The notes under the pieces were generated by a model that saw nothing but the letters and a program-made list of their open reading frames with translations, was not told where the DNA came from and did no database searches. A stretch of 64,000 bases of DNA from Nitrospirota bacterium (lineage in GTDB: Bacteria; Nitrospirota; UBA9217). The translations under genes were made by a program, and so were the position numbers. The stretch spans positions 544,001-608,000 of the forward strand of contig CAVVUN010000002.1 in assembly GCA_963751455.1 (NCBI GenBank), read 5' to 3'. This document shows positions 1 to 9,872 of the stretch, one piece after another (the first letter of the stretch is position 1; every line of letters starts with the position of its first letter).

Positions 1-2
1 AA

Positions 3-917
3 GGCGAGGAGTTTGCCGCAGGCAGGGAGGAAGAGTTCAGGTTTATCCGGACGCCGATTGGACCGAAGGAGCCCGGAGCCAGGCGTCCAAGCAGGGAATT
101 GCCCCCTTTCAGGTATAAAGTCGACGCGGCCATTGAAGAGAAAATCCGAAAGGGTGAGGCCTCGTCCATTTCTTTTTACTTTCGGGACCTGGTCAACGGA
201 AACCGGTTCGGCATCAGGGAAAATGAGAAATTTTCACACAATTCTTTTTTAAAGCTGCCGCTCATGATTGCGTACTTCAAATGGACCGAAACGAACCCGC
301 TTGTCCTGAGAAAAACCCTGATGTATCAGCGCACGGACCAGCTCCCTGAACGAAAGAATATCAAACCTGTTGCCGTGATTGAACCGGGAAGAAACTATAC
401 CGTGAACGACCTGATATTCAGGATGATCGCCTATGACGATTCCGCAGCCTGCGCGCTTCTGTCCGCTAACCTGCCGCCGGGCCGCCTTCAAAAGGTTTTC
501 AAAGACCTGAACACGGACTACGATCCCCAGAATGACGGCAAGGAGGAAACCATTTCCCTCAGCGCATTCGCGTCGTTCTACCGGGTTCTGTTCAACGCAT
601 CCTATCTCTCCGAGGAGATGTCTGAAAAAGCCCTTCGCTATCTTTCAAAGTCGACATTCCGCGACGGCATGGCTTCCGGCGTGCCGCAGCAGGTCGATAT
701 CGCAAGCAAACAGGGCGAGCGCGTCATACTGGTAACGAGCGATGATGGGGATGAAGAGATCTGTCAGCTTCACGAATTCGGCATCATTTATCATGCAGAC
801 CGGCCGTTTCTGGTCGGCATCGTGGCACGGGGAGACGATTTCCCAAGCCTGGTGAAGGATGTTCGCGACATTACCCGCCTGGTCTATGAGGAAGTGGACC
901 AGCAGTCCTCGTCTTAG
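3..917 (+). CDS. Serine hydrolase, class A beta-lactamase-like fold (5'-truncated by window edge)
   Basis: Frame is open from base 3. SxxK-like SFLK, SDN position reads DDS, KTG position reads KQG; C-terminal LHEFGIIY..PFLVGI typical of the family. Confidence 0.7.
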   Translation, partial: GEEFAAGREEEFRFIRTPIGPKEPGARRPSRELPPFRYKVDAAIEEKIRKGEASSISFYFRDLVNGNRFGIRENEKFSHNSFLKLPLMIAYFKWTETNPLVLRKTLMYQRTDQLPERKNIKPVAVIEPGRNYTVNDLIFRMIAYDDSAACALLSANLPPGRLQKVFKDLNTDYDPQNDGKEETISLSAFASFYRVLFNASYLSEEMSEKALRYLSKSTFRDGMASGVPQQVDIASKQGERVILVTSDDGDEEICQLHEFGIIYHADRPFLVGIVARGDDFPSLVKDVRDITRLVYEEVDQQSSS

Positions 918-938
918 ACTGAAGGAAATCCTTCCGTG

Positions 939-1820
939 TCAGATATCAATCGAAGCGCCAATCCCGAAAAATCGCTCCGTATATTGGAAAAATTCGCCTA
1001 TCAGAGGACGTCCCGAATACACTTCGAGATCGAAGCGCCATATCTTTCCGTCGCAGTCGATGCGGTACCCCGCCTGGAACGAGGCGTCTATTCGCCAGTC
1101 CCGTTCCTGCATGGATGAAAGATCGAGTCCTGCATACCAGCCGCGCCGACCGTTGATCCGGAAATCGGCCGGCTGCCATTCGCCCCCGACCTGGAAGCGT
1201 CCTGGTTCCTGAAGCCTGTCGTTGCCCATTAAAAAACCCCACGCCGCTTCTGAATAGAGTCGCCAGCGCTCGTCCATTAACCAGCTGAAGCCGCCGGCCA
1301 ATTCATGCCGGGTATAGCCGATCCGGCGCATTCCTGTACGCTCTTCATATTCATCGCCAACATGGCTTGAATCGTGGGACAGCATAATTTTGTAGGATAG
1401 GTCCTGCCGGGGCGCCGCGGTCAGCAATATCCCGTATTTTCCGTCCCATCCTATGTTGTCGAGCGCTTGATCCAAGTCGAACTGCGCGTTTACCCCGATC
1501 TCGCCGCTCAGCTGCCAGGGGGTCAGTGCGTGCCATTGCCCGCGCGCGAACCCGAAACGCCCTCCTGCCTTCACGTCCGAACGGTCATTACCGGTGTGGG
1601 GAATTGTGGTCCTTGTATAACGAAAAATATGGAAACCGAAGCCTACGCGGTGCACGTCGGCTGCATACGGAGCGTAGAGGTCCCCCGGCGGCAGCCAGAA
1701 CGTTCCGGTCGGCGAAGTGCCGGAGGTTTCTACGGCCGGCGGCGACGTCACATCGTGTGCAAACAGACTTGATGTCCGGAGGCAGAACAGAACGAGGAAT
1801 ATCAGGAGTCGGCAGATCAT
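939..1820 (-). CDS. Outer-membrane beta-barrel protein, DUF1207-like
   Basis: Signal peptide from ATG 1820 (MICRLLIFLVL); HDSSHVGDEY motif; LYAPYAAD and GEFF..FFGIG C-terminal pattern. Confidence 0.7.
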   Translation of the reverse strand: MICRLLIFLVLFCLRTSSLFAHDVTSPPAVETSGTSPTGTFWLPPGDLYAPYAADVHRVGFGFHIFRYTRTTIPHTGNDRSDVKAGGRFGFARGQWHALTPWQLSGEIGVNAQFDLDQALDNIGWDGKYGILLTAAPRQDLSYKIMLSHDSSHVGDEYEERTGMRRIGYTRHELAGGFSWLMDERWRLYSEAAWGFLMGNDRLQEPGRFQVGGEWQPADFRINGRRGWYAGLDLSSMQERDWRIDASFQAGYRIDCDGKIWRFDLEVYSGRPLIGEFFQYTERFFGIGASIDI

Positions 1821-2244
1821 AAAAATTATTTTTTGCAAAGGAAGAGAACATAATGCCAATTGCCAAAATATGAGAATCACGAACTGCAGAGGGAAGTTCA
1901 AAAGTTTATTTCCTCTGCACTGCCTTTCAGAGGTGAATATGCCCAAGCAGGAGGTCTGGAAAAAATCCGGAAAAAATGTCGTCTTTTTAATTATCCTGTC
2001 AGTCACCGGCAGTGTCAATACGCTCGAAGAGATTTATTCCGCCCAAGTTTCTTTTTCGCGATGCGCTGAACCTGCTTTCAAAAAAAGGGACGAAACGGTG
2101 CTACACTAAAAAATATTGCCTTAAAACCTATTAAATCCATACGACTATGGTTATCATTAGCGTCCCGTCTCCGAGTATAAGGGCCGTGTACCGGCTGAAA
2201 TGGAAAGCATGGTGAGAATGACGGATAGAGACGGCGGTGAAATA

Positions 2245-2820
2245 ATGCCAGGTCTCTGGCTGCTTTACCTGCTGGCAACAACTCTGGCTGCAATTTTATT
2301 TGGCGCATGCAGCGTCACCCAGTTTAAATCGCTTCAGCCGGGTCTTGAGCAGCGAGGGCATCATATAAAAGGCGTTACATTTTATCCTCAAGGTCAGCAT
2401 ACGTGCGGTCCGGCCGCCCTTGCCGGAATCGCTTCATACTGGGGGCGAACAATAAACATGGGCCGGATCGCTGCGGACCTGTACATTCCCGAGCTTCGGG
2501 GAACGCTTCCTGCGGATATGGAACGCTTGCTGCGTGAAACGGGGTTCATAACAAGCTCCTTCGCCGGCACGCTCGATGACGTGAGGGCGCGCGTCCTCGA
2601 GGACATTCCGGTCGTCTGCCTTCTCGATTTCGGCTTCAGCGTGTATCGTCAGCCTCATTACGTCGTGGTCATCGGCTTTGACGACGCGCACGAGGTGGTC
2701 ATCGTACACGATGGGCTGAAGGAGAACAGGCTGATCAGGTATGAGAAGTTCATAAACGAATGGGAACGGGCTGGCAACTGGATGTTGGTAGCCGTGCCCG
2801 CGGACAAGGACAAGCAGTGA
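2245..2820 (+). CDS. C39-like cysteine peptidase, probable lipoprotein
   Basis: Q...TCGPAALA catalytic Cys, HYVVVIGFD His, IVHDG Asp; lipobox-like LFGAC. Confidence 0.8.
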   Translation: MPGLWLLYLLATTLAAILFGACSVTQFKSLQPGLEQRGHHIKGVTFYPQGQHTCGPAALAGIASYWGRTINMGRIAADLYIPELRGTLPADMERLLRETGFITSSFAGTLDDVRARVLEDIPVVCLLDFGFSVYRQPHYVVVIGFDDAHEVVIVHDGLKENRLIRYEKFINEWERAGNWMLVAVPADKDKQ

Positions 2821-2900
2821 CATGGCAGGTAAGCGATTCCAGCTCCTTGAAGGAAGAGAGTTCAAAATGAAGTCAACATGAGAAAAAGGAGGTGATCAAT

Positions 2901-3038
2901 TTGAAAAGCTTAAGTTGGATGATGACGATTATTGCGCTTCTCGCGATGGTTGCTTTTTCCGGCTGCGAGAGGCAGGAAACCCAGAAGCAGCCCGGCGGAG
3001 AACAGTCAGCGCCGACCACGTCGCCTACAGGAACTTAG
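2901..3038 (+). CDS. Small 45-aa lipoprotein (not in ORF track)
   Basis: Strong RBS AAGGAGGTGA, TTG start, MKSLSWMMTIIALLAMVAFSGCERQETQKQPGGEQSAPTTSPTGT*, lipobox FSGC. Confidence 0.7.
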   Translation: MKSLSWMMTIIALLAMVAFSGCERQETQKQPGGEQSAPTTSPTGT

Positions 3039-3057
3039 GAGTCAGGGAAAGCCATTG

Positions 3058-3092
3058 ACTGCTCTTCGTATGTCGGCCGAAGAGCAGTTATT
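3058..3092 (+). terminator. Intrinsic terminator-like hairpin
   Basis: actgctcttcg/cgaagagcagt stem followed by tattt. Confidence 0.55.
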
Positions 3093-3203
3093 TCTCTCGC
3101 AAAGCAGTTAGATCGCCTGGGACCCGGAATAGGCGAAAAAAAGAGGGGACGTCATAAAGAAACGGCAGCAAAATGTAGACGTTTCCGGACTGGCATCGGT
3201 TCG

Positions 3204-3836
3204 TTATTTCTTCACCCCGCTCACCGCTACGAAGGAGCCCTTCCCATGCCCTTCCTCAACAGGTTCAACGGCCGTTAGTTCCGCGAGGGGATGGAATATC
3301 GTCTGCCGGTATGAAAAGCTCCGAAAGCCTGCCTGTTGCAGAGCGGATACGATTTCTCCCACGGAATAGAATGTAGCGTCCTTATAAAAGGCGTTCTCGT
3401 CCTTTCGCGCCTGATACGCCTTCCCGAGCGGACTGGCGCGGTCCACAAAACCTACCACGAACGAACCGCCCGGTTTCACCACCCGGTGCACTTCCTCAAA
3501 CGCCATGCCCATATCGTCCAGAAAGCAGACCGTTGTAACCATGAGCGCGAAATCGAATTCCCCGTCCCGGAAGGGAAGATGCTCGGCGACCCCATGGAAG
3601 ACCTCAATGCCCTTTTTCCGGGCAAGCTCGGTCATGGAACGGGAAGGTTCAACCCCTTTTGCGATGCCGAGCGGTCCGGCAAACCGGCCGGTCCCAACCC
3701 CGATCTCGAGGCCGTTTCTGTCAGCGGGCAGCAGGTCCCGGACAGCGTGCAACTCAGAGATGTAGGCAAACGGGTTTTCTACAAACCACTGTTCATACCG
3801 CTCCACGTTTTTATTGAATGCGTTAAGGCCCGCCAT
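3204..3836 (-). CDS. Class I SAM-dependent methyltransferase
   Basis: LEIGVGTG motif I, AEHLPF..GEFD, RVVKPGG. Confidence 0.9.
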   Translation of the reverse strand: MAGLNAFNKNVERYEQWFVENPFAYISELHAVRDLLPADRNGLEIGVGTGRFAGPLGIAKGVEPSRSMTELARKKGIEVFHGVAEHLPFRDGEFDFALMVTTVCFLDDMGMAFEEVHRVVKPGGSFVVGFVDRASPLGKAYQARKDENAFYKDATFYSVGEIVSALQQAGFRSFSYRQTIFHPLAELTAVEPVEEGHGKGSFVAVSGVKK

Positions 3837-4104
3837 AGGTTTTTGTTTACCCGTATGATATTAGTTTATCAGGGGTATCATGCCCGGGTCAAGACTGGAA
3901 GACCGTAGAGCAGGGCTTCCTGCAACAAGTATCCGGACTCGGGAAATAGTACTCCCGAAATAGAAATGGGTCAAGAAGGCCGCTGAAAAACGGCGACTGA
4001 ACCGAAGCTCGCTCGCTTTATCCCACAGATCCCGGCTCGCCGTGCTATACTAAATTAGGGCTTAAAAGGTCCTAATTAGATAACTGACAGGCAGGGAGGT
4101 AGAC

Positions 4105-4413
4105 ATGGGCAGCGTTAGTGACGTCAAAAAAACGAAGGATATTTGCGATCTCGTTTATACTGAGCTGGATGGTATGAAAAACAAGATCGTACTGATGCGC
4201 GAGCATATATCGAAAAGCTACGGCGCGGACAGTTATGTATCGACCATATACGACCGGCATCTGGCCGAACTGGTGGACGAGATCAACTGGAAACTCCAGA
4301 TTCTTTCGCATTCCTGTCCGTATGACTGGAAGGGCTCGGCTGATTTCGAGGGCGCGGTGCAGGTGGAGGACAGTGAGAAGCCCGAATTCTCACCGGGTTA
4401 TCTCGGCGGATAA
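4105..4413 (+). CDS. Small helical hypothetical protein with C-terminal CPxxW motif
   Basis: GGGAGG RBS; TATACT -10 upstream; pattern shared with 18352-18660. Confidence 0.75.
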   Translation: MGSVSDVKKTKDICDLVYTELDGMKNKIVLMREHISKSYGADSYVSTIYDRHLAELVDEINWKLQILSHSCPYDWKGSADFEGAVQVEDSEKPEFSPGYLGG

Positions 4414-4599
4414 GGGTCTGATTGGGCACCCGGGAAGCCGGCAGGAATAAAATGCACGCTTTCCGGGTGTTATTTTCCGGGAAGATTATCCTGTCTGACA
4501 GGCGAAAAAACGCAGCGGCACGCGACGTAAAAAAGCAGGAGGTTCAGTTATTTTGCCGCCTTCATAAGACGCAGACAGGAAACATGCCTGCCGACTGTG

Positions 4600-5406
4600 C
4601 TAGTCGGTATGCAATTCCAGATACATTCTTAATCGATGCGCCAGAGCCTGGGCGAAGCCGTCCAGTCCGGGAAACAGGCTTTCCCGGTGGATGTTCATTT
4701 TGTGCAGTTCTTTAAGCACCCGCAGTCTTTCATCGAACGTCATTTTGCAGTGGATCTTTATAACGCAATTCGGCTGATAGCATCCGTTCAAGGCCGTCAG
4801 GTTTTCCTCGAACCGGGCAGTCACATCGCCGGTACAGAGAAAAACACCCTGCTGAATATTCAACCGCGAATTGAAAAAAAAAGGGTTTTCCAGATAGACC
4901 ATTTTGAAGGGCTTGTTCGTCATGTAGAGAGGTATGAAGGACGCATCATTTCGTGTTTCATACCTTATTCGCTGCTCATACCGCTCATCGCCGACTATGG
5001 AACGCGCCGCCTTCATCCACCATCTATGGTTCATGCACCAGATCACACTTCTCTCATCGTTGTTCTCGAGAGCAAAATAGAGCGCGATATACGGGGAGTA
5101 TGTCCAGTCCAGGAGGCGTGTAGGCGCGCCGTGATGCTCCATCAGCGCCAGGCAGTACAGCGTATCGTTTATCACGAATCCCCGGTCGGTTCCGTCATAG
5201 CGGCGTCTGAAATTGTCTATGAGTGCTTTTTCGAGTATGGGCGCGTTTGCCAGGGAGATATTTGCCGATTCGCACGCCCGTTCAAGGCTGGTCTTGAGGG
5301 GCCAATCGTTTGACTGGCCGCGGTATATCCAGAAGTCTTCAGAAAGGTGAGAGAGCTTCAAGAAGTCTTCCCAGTTTTGGATTTCTGTGTTAAAGAAATC
5401 ATCCAT
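4600..5406 (-). CDS. FRG domain-containing protein
   Basis: IYRGQS..WPLKTSLER, MEHHGAPTRLLDWT.SPYIALYFA, QQGVF, SLFPGLDG. Confidence 0.9.
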   Translation of the reverse strand: MDDFFNTEIQNWEDFLKLSHLSEDFWIYRGQSNDWPLKTSLERACESANISLANAPILEKALIDNFRRRYDGTDRGFVINDTLYCLALMEHHGAPTRLLDWTYSPYIALYFALENNDERSVIWCMNHRWWMKAARSIVGDERYEQRIRYETRNDASFIPLYMTNKPFKMVYLENPFFFNSRLNIQQGVFLCTGDVTARFEENLTALNGCYQPNCVIKIHCKMTFDERLRVLKELHKMNIHRESLFPGLDGFAQALAHRLRMYLELHTD

Positions 5407-5711
5407 ATCTCGGGCTCCCTCATGGAACAATTTATTGAGTCCTCAAAAATACGGAGAGTGCAGGGTAAGGTTAATACCGGACATCATATGATCGCCGAAG
5501 GATGCTGTCCGGTTCGCACAGTTTGATTGTGTATCCCTCTACACTGCAACCACATGGTTACTTTAATTAGTATAACTCGGGTCTTCTCTGGAAGACTTGC
5601 ATGCCGCTGAACAAAAAAGAAAGAAATATGCCACTTTTACGCGGAACAGCCTGCTGCTGTATCGGCCCAGGTTATTATTAATCGGAGATGGCGAGGAAGG
5701 GGAAAGAAGAC

Positions 5712-5867
5712 ATTACCTTGGGTCTCGAAGTTCGTGAGGCGTTACTGGTTGCTTGCACCGGCAGATGTTTCAGGCTTCCCTCTCCTGTTTTACGAGGGCT
5801 TGCATACCACATCTCGCATAAGGATGCATATATCTGCTGTTGCCTCTGCTTCAAGACCCAAGGTAAT
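5712..5867 (-). ncRNA. Candidate structured RNA / long inverted repeat
   Basis: Arms 5712-5730 and 5849-5867 match at 18/19 positions; the mismatch is a G-U pair only on the minus strand; inner stems gcagat/atctgc and ccctc/gaggg. Confidence 0.35.
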
Positions 5868-6465
5868 CTTGCCTGTTGCGGGTTCGAGTTTCTCGATTTC
5901 ACTCAATTCCGGTGAAATGACCCAGACGGTAGGCGAAAACACCCAGTCCCGAATGCTATTCTTTGTGCTCGGGATAAATACCCGCCCAACTGGATTCATA
6001 GCCAATAGGCGGATCTTCCTCGGTTTCGTGCGACACCAGCGGAACCGAGGGTAAATAACGATTTGAAAATCTGGATAAAAATTTTGTTCTTGTTCTGAGC
6101 GGAAAAGCCGGACGGTTTAAATAATTTATGAACATCGATACCGAGAAATATTTTGTACGTTGTTCGATCATATTATTGTCCCTCTCTGATGCTTTATAAA
6201 AGCAAACTGCATGCCATGCATCAGCGGGGCTGAAGAAACTTTCAATGGAGATTCTGAACAGAACGCGGGACACCCATACACACGCATTCTTTTGATAAGG
6301 GAACCGACGAGGCAGTCGTATTTTGGGAAGCGAAAGAGTGATGGAGGCTGCCTGGGCCGGAATATTTGAGAGATTCTTCGGTAGTTATTGCGCTTTGTGT
6401 CCTTGCTACAGGGGCAATGTATTAGAAAACAGAAACGCCGTTAAACTAAAGTAGTATCTTGAAGT

Positions 6466-8382
6466 TTATGAGCCGTGGTGCCTGGCATTTTCGAGCATGA
6501 GCTTGGCCAGACTCTTGCCGAAAGCAGCCGGCTCCTTGATTTTGGAGCCTTCCAGCAGAAGAGCCTGATTGTACAGCAGGTCGACGTACTCGTTGATGAG
6601 CGAGTCATTACCCCCCTTTTCAATGAGCCCGTTGAGTACTTCAAACACCTCGTGAGAGGGGTTTAATTCCAGAATCCTCTTAGTCGACAGCACTTCCTGC
6701 CCCATCGACTTCAAAAGCTGTTCCATCTGGGGATCGAGTGCGCCTTCATCGGCAACCAGGCAGCACGCAGAGTCCTTGAGCCTCCCGGAAAGGCGAACGT
6801 CCTTCACATCGTTCTTTAACCGTTCCTTTGCGGCAGCGAGCAGTTTTTCAAATTTTCCCTTTGCCTTCTCTCTGGCGGCGTCGCCCTGGGTGTCGAGCGT
6901 TATGTCTCCCTTGATCACGGATTGCACCTTTTTGCCTTTGTATTCTCCGAGAGAGGACATGATGACGTCGTCGATATCATCGGTCAGGATCAGCACTTCA
7001 TACCCTTTCTCGCGAAACGCCTCGAGATAGGGCGACTGCAGAATGTTGTCGTCAGCCTTTCCGGTCAGGTAATAGATTCCGCTCTGCGCTATGGGCATGT
7101 TCTTCAGATATTCCTGGAGCGTGGTGTATTTCCCCGGATCCGTCTTTGTCGAACGGAACAGCAGGAGGTCAGCAAGCTGCTCCTTGCGTGCAAAATCGTA
7201 ATGGATTCCCTCTTTCAGTATCCTGCCGAATTCGCGATTGAAATCGACATAGGTCTCGTAGGAGTTCTTTTTCATGTCCGCGAGCGTGTCGAGCACTTTT
7301 TTCGTCACGTTCTTGTTGATTACCTCTATATGTTTGTTTGATTGCAGGATCTCGCGTGAGACGTTCAGCGGCAGGTCCGAGGAATCAACCACCCCCTTGA
7401 CGAACCGGAGATACGGCGGGATCAGCTGTTCACAGTGATCCATGATCTGTACTCGTTTAACATACAGGGCAGGCCCGATTTTGAAATCACGGTACAGGAT
7501 CCCGTACGGCGCCTTTGCAGGAATGTACAGGAGCGCCGTGAATTCTGACGTTCCTTCAGCCCGGTAGTGGATGGTCTTCGCGGCGTCGGCAAAATCGTGG
7601 GATATATGCTTGTAGAATTCGTTGTATTCCTCAGGCTTCACCTCTGACTGGTCCCTGAGCCAGATGGCCTTTCCGGCGTTCATTCGTTCTTCTTCAATCG
7701 TCTTTATTTTTTTCGTTTTATCTATCGGGTCTTCTTTTTCCCGTTCCACGTCCATCACGACCGGATGCTCTATATAATCCGAATATTTCACGACGATGGA
7801 CCTGATCTCCCATTCGTTCAGATAATTCTTCTCCTCTGCTTTCAGGTGCAGTATGACATCGGTTCCGGCCCGTTCCTTCCGGGTTTCCTCCACCGTGAAC
7901 GAACCGTCAGCCGTCGATTCCCATTTCACCGCTTTGTCACTCTTTTCCGTTGCCTTTTTGGTCACCACCGTGACCTTATCCGAGACCATGAACGAAGAAT
8001 AGAAGCCGACCCCGAACTGGCCGATCAGTTCAGGACGTTCTTTGAGCGCCTTGTCCTGAAGAGTGCGCAGAAAATCCTTTGTCCCGGAACGTGCGATAGT
8101 CCCGAGCTCTTTTATGACTTCATCCTGGGTCATCCCGATCCCGTTGTCGCTGACCGTTAATGTGCCTGCCTGCTTGTCGACGGTTATCTTTATCTTCCAG
8201 GGGCCCGTGTTCTCAAGGATATCCTTATTCATGAGCGCTTCGTATCGCGCCTTATCTATGGCGTCCGACGCGTTCGAAATAAGCTCTCTCAGGAATATTT
8301 CCTTGTGTGAATACAGGGAATGGATCATCAGGTCGAGCAGCTCTTTTACCTCTGTCTTAAATTCCATTTTTTCGACAGTCAT
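6466..8382 (-). CDS. htpG: Molecular chaperone HtpG (Hsp90)
   Basis: IFLRELISNASDA, DNGIGM, LIGQFGVGFYS, LPLNVSREILQ; GAGGTG RBS before ATG 8382. Confidence 0.98.
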   Translation of the reverse strand: MTVEKMEFKTEVKELLDLMIHSLYSHKEIFLRELISNASDAIDKARYEALMNKDILENTGPWKIKITVDKQAGTLTVSDNGIGMTQDEVIKELGTIARSGTKDFLRTLQDKALKERPELIGQFGVGFYSSFMVSDKVTVVTKKATEKSDKAVKWESTADGSFTVEETRKERAGTDVILHLKAEEKNYLNEWEIRSIVVKYSDYIEHPVVMDVEREKEDPIDKTKKIKTIEEERMNAGKAIWLRDQSEVKPEEYNEFYKHISHDFADAAKTIHYRAEGTSEFTALLYIPAKAPYGILYRDFKIGPALYVKRVQIMDHCEQLIPPYLRFVKGVVDSSDLPLNVSREILQSNKHIEVINKNVTKKVLDTLADMKKNSYETYVDFNREFGRILKEGIHYDFARKEQLADLLLFRSTKTDPGKYTTLQEYLKNMPIAQSGIYYLTGKADDNILQSPYLEAFREKGYEVLILTDDIDDVIMSSLGEYKGKKVQSVIKGDITLDTQGDAAREKAKGKFEKLLAAAKERLKNDVKDVRLSGRLKDSACCLVADEGALDPQMEQLLKSMGQEVLSTKRILELNPSHEVFEVLNGLIEKGGNDSLINEYVDLLYNQALLLEGSKIKEPAAFGKSLAKLMLENARHHGS

Positions 8383-8441
8383 TGTTTCACCTCGCAAGGA
8401 TAATAGCAGAATCATCACTGATGGATGCTTTAACGGTATAA

Positions 8442-8470
8442 TTTATACTTATGTAACGGTTCTTTGTCAA
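8442..8470 (-). promoter_or_regulatory. Sigma70-type promoter of htpG
   Basis: TTGACA-N17-TATAAA on the minus strand. Confidence 0.65.
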
Positions 8471-8711
8471 GAGGGTTATGGGGCTTGCAACCTTGGTTGA
8501 ATATAGCGAACCGGATGAACAGACCGCGCCATTGCTTAACTTATTTCCCGGTCTATACCCTTCCATGGTAGGGACGGGGGGTAAAGTCCCTGGATACAGC
8601 GCAAGTTGCTGCGGGAAGATTATTAGTGAGTCAACTTTTGATAAAAAAAACCAAACGGCGCGAAAACGCACAAAGAGAGTTTAAATTGGCTATATCGGGA
8701 AAAAACAGTTT

Positions 8712-8845
8712 TGATGATCTCGTAAAAAGTCGTCTCCCCGGTGAAAACCGGGGTCCAGCGGTTATCGAACTTATTGAAAAGACTGGATACCGGCGTTCCC
8801 GGTATGACGAAATTAGGTGTTTTCTGACTTCTTACGAATGCATCA
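8712..8845. mobile_element. MITE-like element carrying a REP-type hairpin pair
   Basis: Imperfect TIRs tgatgatctcgtaaaaagtc / gacttcttacgaatgcatca; GTTT direct repeats at 8708-8711 and 8846-8849; internal ccccggtgaaaaccgggg and ataccggcgttcccggtat hairpins. Confidence 0.7.
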
Positions 8846-8849
8846 GTTT

Positions 8850-9065
8850 TTAGTCAGGGTATTTAACGGGCATTGTCATGATATAATCATTTTCCTTCCT
8901 GTTTCCAATGGACCTGAGCGCCGGCATATTCACGTACGTTTTCAGGTGCCGGCCGTGCGGCGGGGAGCCGTTGTCGTTCAGAATTTTTCCCGGCCAGAGG
9001 TCCCAGTCAATGTAGGGGCTGTCTTCGGTAATGTATCTCCAGACGTCAGCCGCATTCGGTGCAGG
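8850..9065 (-). pseudogene. Cytochrome P460-like protein remnant (no start codon, apparent internal deletion)
   Basis: Translates PAPNAADVWRYITEDSPYIDWDLWPGK..PHGRHLKTYVN..ENDYIMT*; no CxxCH; in-frame stop just upstream. Confidence 0.55.
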
Positions 9066-9066
9066 C

Positions 9067-9555
9067 CTAAAAAATCAATCCTACGGAAACCGTGGCAAAG
9101 TTCTCTCCGTCATTCGGTCCGTCCCATCGGAATACCAGCTTTCCATTTGAGTAGTGGATCAGGCCAAGGGAGAGCTCCGCCTTGCCGACCGTTACTCCAT
9201 ACGACCCCCGAAAATAGAACTGGAATTCGGTGCCGAGATTGTTCGTAGTTGTGTATACATGACTGATGCCCGCGTTGAAAGTCCAGAAAAACGGTGCAGG
9301 CGCTTTCCAGCGAAGGCCGCGCGCAATACTGACAGCCCTGTTCCTGTTCTGTCCGTCCCATGAAGCATATGTGAACTCATAAAAACTGTCCTGGCCGAAC
9401 AACGCCGAAGTGTCCTTATCGAAGCGCACAAGAGACAGCACTGCTCCTGTCGAGCAGAACCACCCCGGCCCCGCCTCGATGAAAAGCCCATCGGCAGCCA
9501 CGTTCGAAGCGGCAAGACACAAGAATATAGCGACCAGGAACACGCGTAGTTTCAT
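9067..9555 (-). CDS. PagL-like lipid A 3-O-deacylase / acyloxyacyl hydrolase
   Basis: Signal peptide; LGTEFQF, HYSNG catalytic His-Ser, PNDGENF; terminal Phe. Confidence 0.8.
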   Translation of the reverse strand: MKLRVFLVAIFLCLAASNVAADGLFIEAGPGWFCSTGAVLSLVRFDKDTSALFGQDSFYEFTYASWDGQNRNRAVSIARGLRWKAPAPFFWTFNAGISHVYTTTNNLGTEFQFYFRGSYGVTVGKAELSLGLIHYSNGKLVFRWDGPNDGENFATVSVGLIF

Positions 9556-9872
9556 GGCTTACCGTGTAAGAAAAGAATGGGGACGTAAGCAGCTGCATGG
9601 TTCTCACAAGCCACAACTCGACAAACTATGGTTGCACTCCAGATCGGGTTCTTTTTTTAGAATAGCACAAGCTGATGTCCGGGGCTCCTTAGGCGCTTAC
9701 GCCTATAACATCGACAAAAGATTGTCGATCTTTAAAAAGAATTTAATGCAAAAACAGGATTATATTGCGCTCGCAAAGGAAGGCCAAATCGCCGGGTTTA
9801 AAACCAGACTTAAAGCTACTTTACGAACCAACATCTTGAGTTTTTAGTCGAGTCAAAACCAAAACCCAATTT

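Noticed and set aside
3-917. Antibiotic-resistance beta-lactamase call
   Set aside because: Key catalytic motifs are degenerate; fold similarity only
5700-5880. 6S RNA or integron attC identity for the long hairpin
   Set aside because: No 6S signature motifs recognised, no RYYYAAC/GTTRRRY ends, no integrase
5678-6273. Short ORFs between the FRG gene and htpG
   Set aside because: Overlapping on both strands with no motifs; the shared ITLGLE peptide is just the DNA inverted repeat
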